Shown here one piece after another: positions 56,593 to 64,000 of a stretch of DNA of 64,000 bases. The stretch is from contig JBKBWQ010000001.1 in NCBI GenBank assembly GCA_046314355.1, positions 1,440,001 through 1,504,000 of the forward strand, written 5' to 3'. Position 1 is the stretch's first letter; each line of letters begins with the position of its first letter. The DNA is from Candidatus Altimarinota bacterium (lineage in GTDB: Bacteria; Patescibacteriota; Gracilibacteria; 1-14-2-50-48-13). The notes beneath the pieces are model-generated. The model ran no database searches, was not told the DNA's origin, and saw only the letters and a list, made by a program, of their open reading frames with translations. A program made the position numbers and the translations under genes.

Positions 56593-56931
56593 ATGACTCA
56601 AGATCTTGCAATAACTATTCAGGAAGGGGTAACAGGATATATAAAGAAATTTGTACCTGCAAATAAAGCAGGTAAACACGAAGTGCGTATTGAACTTAAA
56701 CCGGGAGGCTGCAGCGGACATAAGTATTTTCTCTCTGCTATGGAAGAAAAGTTTGATGAGGACATCGTGGTAGAGCAGGATGGAGTGCTGTTTTATATGG
56801 ATGGACTTTTGAGTGAATACTTTGAAGGTGTAGAAGTAAATTATGTAGAAGGACTGAATGGAACTCAGATCAAAGTAAAAAACCCCAATGCTAAAGGCGG
56901 CTGTGGATGCGGAGTATCGGTGAAGCTGTAG
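56593..56931 (+). CDS. HesB/IscA family A-type Fe-S carrier
   Basis: GGCSG, NPNA..GCGCG.S. Confidence 0.93.
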   Translation: MTQDLAITIQEGVTGYIKKFVPANKAGKHEVRIELKPGGCSGHKYFLSAMEEKFDEDIVVEQDGVLFYMDGLLSEYFEGVEVNYVEGLNGTQIKVKNPNAKGGCGCGVSVKL

Positions 56932-56934
56932 AGT

Positions 56935-57040
56935 GTCATGCCGGACTCGATCCGGCATCTCATGCACGCTGCAAGAGTCGCAGAAATACTATGGCGACTC
57001 TTGCAATACTCATGAGATCCTGAAACGACTTCAGGATGAC
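56935..57040. repeat. 106-bp multi-stem palindromic element (GTCAT...ATGAC; REP/RPE-like)
   Basis: Closing GTCAT/ATGAC; ATGCCGGA/TCCGGCAT; ATCTCATG/CATGAGAT; TGCAAGAGTCGC/GCGACTCTTGCA; ATCCTGAA/TTCAGGAT. Confidence 0.8.
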
Positions 57041-57111
57041 GCAAAAATATATTTGTTGCAGAAAAACAAAAAAATACATACAAAACATTTTATCCTGCAC
57101 TTGTATGTATT

Positions 57112-58122
57112 ATGACTCACGAACTTTCAAAGACGTATAAATATCCAGAGACTGAAATAGAGGCATTCAAAAAATTTTTGACTGATCATACACATTTTCT
57201 TTTCCTTGGACCAAAGATTGCTGACGGAGATACTATCGGTGCGAATACTGCGATGGCAATGTTTATCGTGGAGCAGATGGGTAAAAAAGTAACTCTGTAT
57301 AATCCAAGTCCTGTGGAGAAGATGTATAAGGATCTTCCTTGGGCTGATAAATATGTGACAGATTTTGATCCAAGTACTATTGATGCGGTGTTTATTTCTG
57401 ATACGGGAGATAAAAGGCTGTTTGCAAATACTCCTGCGGAACAAAAACTCTTTGAAAGAGATCTTCCTGTAGTAAATCTTGATCATCATATCTCCAATCA
57501 GTTTTACGGCACAATTAATCTTGTAGATCTGAATAAAGCTTCAAGTTCTCTGATTGTTTTTGAGCTTCTTAAAAAGCTGAGAGCGAAGATCACTCCTGAT
57601 ATGGCGACTCACTTACTGCTTGGTATGTATTTTGACACAGGAAGCATGTATCATCCAAATACTACTGCGGAAGTGTATGAGAATGGAGCTGAGCTTATCA
57701 GTCTTGGAGCGAAGCCGAGAGATATAGTGGATCCTCTCTATAAGACTATGGATTTTGGAAAACTGAAACTTATCGGTCTCGTACTTGAAAGAGCAAGTCT
57801 TTATCAGGATGGAATGCTCATGTCTGCTATACGTCAGGAAGATCTCATCGCATGTAATGCCACAAGAGATGATCTTGAGGGAGTAGTGGATTATCTTTTT
57901 TACGCTCCTGAAGCCCGCTTTGGTATGCTTCTCATTGAAGACGAAAAAGGGAATGTAAAAGGATCACTCCGTACCCAGCGAGATGATGTGGACGTAAGCA
58001 AAATTGCAGAGACCTTTGGAGGGGGAGGTCATAGAGCTGCGGCTGGATTTACTATTCAGGGACATCGTCTTGAGATGGAGGTAAAATGGAAAATTGCGCC
58101 AAGAGTCGCTGTATTGGCATAA
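57112..58122 (+). CDS. DHH/DHHA1 phosphoesterase (NrnA-like oligoribonuclease/PAP phosphatase)
   Basis: DGDTIGA, LDHH, DTG, KGSLR, GGGGH..AAG. Confidence 0.92.
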   Translation: MTHELSKTYKYPETEIEAFKKFLTDHTHFLFLGPKIADGDTIGANTAMAMFIVEQMGKKVTLYNPSPVEKMYKDLPWADKYVTDFDPSTIDAVFISDTGDKRLFANTPAEQKLFERDLPVVNLDHHISNQFYGTINLVDLNKASSSLIVFELLKKLRAKITPDMATHLLLGMYFDTGSMYHPNTTAEVYENGAELISLGAKPRDIVDPLYKTMDFGKLKLIGLVLERASLYQDGMLMSAIRQEDLIACNATRDDLEGVVDYLFYAPEARFGMLLIEDEKGNVKGSLRTQRDDVDVSKIAETFGGGGHRAAAGFTIQGHRLEMEVKWKIAPRVAVLA

Positions 58123-58158
58123 TTCCTACGAGTGGTGAAAAAAAAGTTATTTTCATAC

Positions 58159-58218
58159 TTGCTACATATTAATAGTATGTGGTAATATTTCATGATATTT
58201 ATTTTTAACAATATCATG
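58159..58218 (+). promoter_or_regulatory. Putative promoter with overlapping 9-bp inverted repeat
   Basis: TTGCTA-18-TAATAT with extended TG; CATGATATT-N10-AATATCATG (58191-58218). Confidence 0.5.
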
Positions 58219-58377
58219 TTACATCAGGAAAATAGTTCATATAACAAAGGGTTCCCTGCACTGGACATAAAGAAACGTGATCATCTCACGAATCCAAGCT
58301 GGGGATTTTTACTGATTTAATTCGTATCCGCCTTTCTACACAAGGTTTTCAAAATTTAGATTAAAACAAAAACACTT

Positions 58378-61300
58378 ATGCAAACAAAACTTGCAGGCTT
58401 TACTGGTCTGCGCCAATTTATGAGGAAAGGACTAGCTGTATTCACACTTGCGGCTGTACTTACAACAAACCTTGCGATTCTTCCACAGACGGAAGCGAGA
58501 TTTTTACAGACCACTGTTGCTCCAGGAGAGTTTAAAACAGCGAGAGCAGGATTTAGTGCTACGCTAATTACCTCCGGTAACTTTAAGGGACAAATCCTAG
58601 TGGCTGGAGGTTTTGACGGAGCAAATTATCTTGATACAGCTGAGAGATTCAATCCTTCCACTGGTCAGTTTACAGCACTCAATGCGACAACTGGAAAGAT
58701 GAATGAGAAGAGAATGAACCATGCGGCGGTCTCACTTACAGACGGACGTATTCTTTTAGTGGGGGGACGCAAGTCAGCAGCTGAGCTCGCAAATACAATG
58801 GAGATCTATAATCCTGCAACGGATAGATTTGTCACGGTAAACGGTAGTCAGGCGCTTCCAAATATGATCTCTGCAAGAGAGTTTCATACAGTAAATATTT
58901 TCCCTGATCCAGCGAATCCTACTACTTCCAGCATAGTACTTATTGCAGGAGGTAATACAGGAAGTGCATATACAAATACTGCGGAAATATTCTCAACAGG
59001 AGACAATACTATTGCAAGTACCTCTGGAAATATGCTTACAGCACGAGGAAAACAGGCTGCATATTTCTTTCCAAATACAGGTACAGCATCTAAAGGAACT
59101 GTCCTGATGGTCGGTGGTACGGGAGACAGAGTAAACGGCAATCCTGTAGCAAAAGGTGCAAATGAATACTATGATGTAAATTCAAAGACCTTTGTTACGG
59201 CAGGTGTTACGATGACGGATGCGCGAGTAGGTTTTGCTCATGCAGACTTTAGTTCTACAGCTACTCCAAATATAATGGTAGCCGGCGGTAAGACATCTGC
59301 AACTGGTGTAAGTGCAAGTGCAGATACAATTACACATAATGGTACAAATTTTGTACTGACTGCGAGAGGATCTATGAGTACAGCACGTGTAGGTGCTTTT
59401 GGAGTAAGCGGATTTCAGGATTCTAACACCACAAATAAAAAAGTATATATTATCGGAGGACAGGATGTGAGCGGACAGGATCTTTTTGATTTTGAAACCT
59501 ATGACGCCTCATCTGTAAGCTTTAATGCTCCTACTCCAAATACGCTTGTAGTTGCGAGAAGCAATGCAAAAGCTATTACTCTTCCTCTTACTACTGCAAA
59601 CGGTGGTGTAGGAAACAATTCTCAGATCCTCATGATTGGTGGAGAGAATTCAGGAAATACTATTTTGAGATCTGCAGAGTTCCTGGATACGCAGGGAGTA
59701 CAGCTCACTCCATCTGACATGCTCACTGCACGAAATTATTTTGAAGCACATGAGATTACAGATAGTCAGGCAGCTGGACAGCACTATTCAAATTATGGAA
59801 AAATTCTTATCTTCGGTGGACGAACTGCTTTGGGAAATGAAGCAAATTTTGGACCTGCGACACAGAAGGTGGAGCTCTTTGATCCGCTTACGAGTAAATA
59901 CACAGATCTCTGTACAGCTGGTAGAAATGCTTCTACGCAGAGATGTAATAACGCAAGTCAGGAACTTCGAAAGGCAAGATTTGATTTTAAAAGTATCAAA
60001 GCAAATGACGGAAAAATCTATATCTTTGGCGGAACTGACAATGGGGCTGATGTGAATACAATTGAAATATTTGATCCTCAGTCTTCTACGTTCTCTGAGA
60101 TCACGCCAGCCTTCAACCTCAATCGATCACAATTTGATGCAGTATTTATCTCCTCAACTCAGATTTTGATTACAGGTGGACTCATGAAGCCTGACTGGGT
60201 TAGATACGGAGGATATAACTCAGGAAACTACTACGCAGAGAGCTATCAGGGCATCACATCAGCATTTATATTTGATACAAGTACAAATACACTTTCAGAT
60301 AAATGGAATGGTGTGAATCCTATTGGTGCCCATACAAAGCGGTTTGGACATAAGAGTCTTTTCATAGATGGAAAGGTATATCTTGTAGGTGGATCAGATA
60401 AGATTGATATGTATGATCCTTCTACTGGACAGTTTACAGAATATGCAACTGAGGCAAACTTTAATATGGTGTACTCCTCTATCATTCCTTATGTGGAGAA
60501 TGGAGTGAATAAATTCTACTTTATTGGAGGATCTTCTCATACAGATACTTCTGGATGGACTAACATTGCAAACTACTCTCCAAACGGAATTTCTGCGAAA
60601 GTATACAGCTACAACATTATGGCAAAATCAGTGAATGCTCTTACTGACTTAAGTGAAGGCATTACTCATGCAAATCCCGTACAGATGGCAAATGGAAAGT
60701 ATTATTTATATGGACCATATCAGTATAACTCTCGAGGTACTTGGACACAGGATATCTTTACTGCTTATCCAAAACCAGTGATGGCACCGCCAACACTACA
60801 AGCTGGTAGCAATGGTCTCGTGGCCTTTGCCTTTGATACAGAAATGGGAAGCGCAGATGTCATTTCCTCTAAGACAAAAATACCTCGTTCAGGATCTTTC
60901 TCTGTAGCTATCTCTTCAGCACTATCAAGTGTAACCCAGAATAGAGTACTCACACTCGGTGGTAGTACTGGAGGAGCAGCGGACACAGCTCTCGCATCAG
61001 CAGAACTCTATGATCCTGAAAATATTATTCCGAAAACTCCTATTGATGACTCTGGATTCTTTATACCACAGGCAAATCAAGAATTTGTAAGTCATCAGCC
61101 TGTGCTGAAATTTGGAACTACAGATGTGGAAAGTAACGAGCTTAAGTATCAGGTACAGATCGTAGATAGATCTGTAGGATTCCCATTTGATGATTTTGAA
61201 CCTACCAATGAAGCTTCTCTTACATGGAACTTTATCCAGGTAAATGATCTTCTTGGCTTTAAAAATCCTGATGGCCTCGATGGTAAATATTATAGAAGTG

Positions 61301-64000
61301 GGACTCTTGCTGAGCTTGATCTCGCAACTACGCCGTACTCTCTTCCAAATGGAGAATATAGTATGAGACTTCGGGCGATTGATCCGGTGGGCAGCCATAC
61401 TTATTCAGAATGGGGACCATCTGACCTTGGAGGTATCGTAAACTTTACGATCAATGCGGAACAGGATGAGCCTACAACTACTATTACAAATCCTCTTAAT
61501 CAGACCTATAGCTCCACATCAACAATTCTTCCATTTACTGGAGGAGCAGATGATACAGGGGCAAATGCTTCAGGAGTAAAGAAAGTACTAGTAAGTCTTA
61601 AGGATACAACTACAAATATGTGGTGGAATGATGCAAACGGCTTTATCACAAATCAGGAAACATATTTCGATGCTACAGGTACTACCACATGGACATATCC
61701 AAGAACAGGAAGTATCACTCTTGCAGATGGTCACTCATATCTTTTGAATGTATATGCTACAGATAATGCAGGTAATAAAGATGCTACTCCTGCAAGTACT
61801 GCATTTACATATGATTCCACTTTTGTACCAACAACGGTGACTATTACAGCCCCTACTTCAGGAGAAAATGTAGGAGTAGGAGATACAAAGACTATCAGCT
61901 GGAATATATCAGGAGGTACAGCACCGACTTCTTATGAGGTTTCTTATTCAAATGATGACTTTGCAACTTCTACTGTTATCGAGCCAAACTTAAGCGGTGC
62001 TGCTACAAGTTATGACTGGGTAGTCCCAAATGACCCTAGCAGTACTACAAAGGTACGTGTAATTGCAAAAGGATCAACAGGGCAGATACTCGGAACTGGT
62101 ACATCTAGTGCTGCGTTTACGGTATCTGCGGCGGCGGGAGATACAGTGGCACCGACGGTCACTCTTCTTTCACCTTCAAATGGATCCTCTATTCAGTCAC
62201 TTTCTTCGGTGACTGGTACGTATTCAGATGCAGGTACCATTGCGAGTGTAGAAGTATCTTTGAGAGATGTCACAAATAATAAATATTATGATGGTACAAA
62301 CTTTACGGCAACTGCCGAGAGTAAAAGACCTGTGATATTCACAAGTTCTCCATGGACCTTTGATACATCTACTATTACGTTTACCCCGAATACTACCTAT
62401 GAAGTAAAAGCATATGTTACTGACGCTGCTGGAAACGTGGGTGTAGTCACTGCACAGTTTTCATACCAGATGACATCAGGTACTAATGCAAATACGAATA
62501 CAGGCAACACGAATACAAATACTGCAAATGCTAATACAAACAGCACTGCAGGAAATACAAATACAAATTCAGGCGGAGCTAATACAAATACGAATACTTC
62601 CTCTGGAAATGTGAATACGAATACTGCTGCTGTAAATACGAATACAAATTCTACAGGAAATACTACAATCATTATCTCAAATCCATCCGGAGGTGGTGGC
62701 GGAGGATTTGTATACCCTATCTATCCAACTACACCATCAACTGTAGGCGGAGGACAGACTGATCAGAATACAAGCAATACTACAACTACAGCTGACAATA
62801 CTGCTCCAAGCGCAATCATTAAATATCCTGCAGCTGGAAGTACTCAGAACTCTGTATCGTCTATACAGGGAGTAGCAACTGATAATGAGAAGGGATCAGG
62901 TATGAGCTATGTACTCGTAAGTCTTTATGATCAGACTACAAAGAAGTACTTTGATGGTGCGAGCTTCGCAGGTACTGATAAAACAGAATTCCGGGCAGAA
63001 GGAACAGGCGTATGGAGTTTGGAACTTCCAAATATTCTTACAAAAGGACATTCCTACACAGTATCAGCTAGAGCAGTTGATACAGCTGGAAATAGTCAGA
63101 CTGAAGCGGCACAGGTAAGCTTCAAGCTTGCAAGTGCGACTACAACAGCGGAGGCAGCACCAGTTTCTCAGCCGCAGACAACATCAACTGTACCTACTTC
63201 TGCTCCAGTGGATAACTCAGCCCAGATGGCTGATGTCTTAAAGGCTATTGAAAAGATTGCTTCAAAGCCCCAGCCTCCTGTAAATGTACAGGTTTCCACT
63301 CCGAGAACTTCTACACCAGTGCAGACTTCTCAGCCTGTACAGCAGAATTCTCCTAAGGCTCCTGTAACTGATAACTCAACGCACGCGTCTGCGCCAGTCG
63401 CTACTGGAGCAGCAGATACAAATACCAATACAAATTCACCAGAATCGCTCACAGGATCCCAAGTAACTTCTGCTAACTATGATCAGTTCTACGATGATTA
63501 TATTGCGAAACATCCTGATACATATGTACCTCAGGCGCCGTATAACACTCCGGGAATGAGAGATACAGATAGTGATGGTCTTTCAGATCAACTGGAATTG
63601 AAGATAGGTACTGATCCTTTCAAGCGTGATACAGACTCTGATAACTTCTCTGATGGAGAAGAGTATCTTGAATTTGGTACAAATCCGCTTGATCCAAATA
63701 GTAAACCCGGTCTCAATGGAATCCGGATTACAAATCTCAACAACGGAACAACAACTCCAGATGCAACTCCTATGATTACAGGATTTGCGAAACCTGGATC
63801 GACAGTAGTACTCTATGATTTAAAACCTGATGGAAGTAGAGAGGAGATCGGAACTACAAAGGCAGATGAGCGAGGACGATTTATTATTACTCCTACCAAG
63901 GAACTTGCTGCAGGAGAACATGCTCTTGCGTCAGTGATCCGGGGAACAGATGGAAAAGATGAAGATCTTTCTGCTGTGAAGAGTGTAAAGATTGACCCAA
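58378..64000 (+). CDS. Very large surface protein, 3'-partial (>1,870 aa): signal peptide, Kelch repeats, Ig-like domains, Asn/Thr and Pro-rich linkers, bacterial TSP3 Ca-binding repeats
   Basis: ATG at 58378 (MQTKLAGF...), frame open to the window end so absent from the ORF track; Kelch ILVAGGFDG...AERFNPSTGQF and ILLVGG; ATDNAGN/VTDAAGN/AVDTAGN Ig motifs; DTDSDGLSD..E...GTDP...DTDSD. Confidence 0.9.
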   Translation, partial: MQTKLAGFTGLRQFMRKGLAVFTLAAVLTTNLAILPQTEARFLQTTVAPGEFKTARAGFSATLITSGNFKGQILVAGGFDGANYLDTAERFNPSTGQFTALNATTGKMNEKRMNHAAVSLTDGRILLVGGRKSAAELANTMEIYNPATDRFVTVNGSQALPNMISAREFHTVNIFPDPANPTTSSIVLIAGGNTGSAYTNTAEIFSTGDNTIASTSGNMLTARGKQAAYFFPNTGTASKGTVLMVGGTGDRVNGNPVAKGANEYYDVNSKTFVTAGVTMTDARVGFAHADFSSTATPNIMVAGGKTSATGVSASADTITHNGTNFVLTARGSMSTARVGAFGVSGFQDSNTTNKKVYIIGGQDVSGQDLFDFETYDASSVSFNAPTPNTLVVARSNAKAITLPLTTANGGVGNNSQILMIGGENSGNTILRSAEFLDTQGVQLTPSDMLTARNYFEAHEITDSQAAGQHYSNYGKILIFGGRTALGNEANFGPATQKVELFDPLTSKYTDLCTAGRNASTQRCNNASQELRKARFDFKSIKANDGKIYIFGGTDNGADVNTIEIFDPQSSTFSEITPAFNLNRSQFDAVFISSTQILITGGLMKPDWVRYGGYNSGNYYAESYQGITSAFIFDTSTNTLSDKWNGVNPIGAHTKRFGHKSLFIDGKVYLVGGSDKIDMYDPSTGQFTEYATEANFNMVYSSIIPYVENGVNKFYFIGGSSHTDTSGWTNIANYSPNGISAKVYSYNIMAKSVNALTDLSEGITHANPVQMANGKYYLYGPYQYNSRGTWTQDIFTAYPKPVMAPPTLQAGSNGLVAFAFDTEMGSADVISSKTKIPRSGSFSVAISSALSSVTQNRVLTLGGSTGGAADTALASAELYDPENIIPKTPIDDSGFFIPQANQEFVSHQPVLKFGTTDVESNELKYQVQIVDRSVGFPFDDFEPTNEASLTWNFIQVNDLLGFKNPDGLDGKYYRSGTLAELDLATTPYSLPNGEYSMRLRAIDPVGSHTYSEWGPSDLGGIVNFTINAEQDEPTTTITNPLNQTYSSTSTILPFTGGADDTGANASGVKKVLVSLKDTTTNMWWNDANGFITNQETYFDATGTTTWTYPRTGSITLADGHSYLLNVYATDNAGNKDATPASTAFTYDSTFVPTTVTITAPTSGENVGVGDTKTISWNISGGTAPTSYEVSYSNDDFATSTVIEPNLSGAATSYDWVVPNDPSSTTKVRVIAKGSTGQILGTGTSSAAFTVSAAAGDTVAPTVTLLSPSNGSSIQSLSSVTGTYSDAGTIASVEVSLRDVTNNKYYDGTNFTATAESKRPVIFTSSPWTFDTSTITFTPNTTYEVKAYVTDAAGNVGVVTAQFSYQMTSGTNANTNTGNTNTNTANANTNSTAGNTNTNSGGANTNTNTSSGNVNTNTAAVNTNTNSTGNTTIIISNPSGGGGGGFVYPIYPTTPSTVGGGQTDQNTSNTTTTADNTAPSAIIKYPAAGSTQNSVSSIQGVATDNEKGSGMSYVLVSLYDQTTKKYFDGASFAGTDKTEFRAEGTGVWSLELPNILTKGHSYTVSARAVDTAGNSQTEAAQVSFKLASATTTAEAAPVSQPQTTSTVPTSAPVDNSAQMADVLKAIEKIASKPQPPVNVQVSTPRTSTPVQTSQPVQQNSPKAPVTDNSTHASAPVATGAADTNTNTNSPESLTGSQVTSANYDQFYDDYIAKHPDTYVPQAPYNTPGMRDTDSDGLSDQLELKIGTDPFKRDTDSDNFSDGEEYLEFGTNPLDPNSKPGLNGIRITNLNNGTTTPDATPMITGFAKPGSTVVLYDLKPDGSREEIGTTKADERGRFIITPTKELAAGEHALASVIRGTDGKDEDLSAVKSVKIDP

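Noticed and set aside
58223-58316. Known riboswitch (cobalamin, c-di-GMP, c-di-AMP) in the leader
   Set aside because: The conserved core motifs of those classes are not present; kept only as an unclassified structured leader.
62485-62660. AATAC(A/G) repeats here and at about 45830-46000 as a CRISPR or DNA-level repeat
   Set aside because: They encode in-frame Asn/Thr low-complexity linkers; there is no repeat-spacer periodicity and no cas gene.
1-64000. Genetic code 25 (UGA=Gly)
   Set aside because: Conserved genes (clpC, hflX, ssb, rfbC) are full length without in-frame TGA, and Gly is mostly GGA/GGT.

Overview
Low-GC bacterial chromosome segment read with the standard genetic code 11 (long ORFs contain no in-frame TGA). 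Gene content suggests a Patescibacteria/CPR organism, most like the Peregrinibacteria-Gracilibacteria group, but this is inferred, not tested: five SLH-domain surface proteins, a stand-alone VirB4-like ATPase, mostly SD-less starts, Cys-rich secreted tails and many orphans. Recognisable genes include rfbC, rfbD, hflX, ssb, clpC, a YqeY protein, an IscA/HesB protein, a DHH phosphoesterase, DedA, two MscS, a DsbA-like protein, a cold-shock protein, an ABC-2 exporter with four permeases and tRNA-Cys(GCA). A >1,870-aa Kelch/Ig/TSP3 surface protein (58378 to window end) is missing from the ORF track. No CRISPR array, integrase, transposase or rRNA is visible. The strongest leads are: (1) a 533-aa orphan at 52830 that aligns by eye to a degenerate sigma-70 factor with two region-2 domains, divergent from an XRE regulator and next to a decayed colicin-D-immunity-like pseudogene; (2) a PriA reduced to its C-terminal half; (3) two multi-stem palindromic elements and a dispersed octamer-repeat family; (4) a CIRCE box over the clpC promoter; (5) many promoters with 16-bp spacers, near-absent TGA stops, and SD sequences limited to orphan genes. 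All protein assignments come from motif recognition by eye; no database searches were run.
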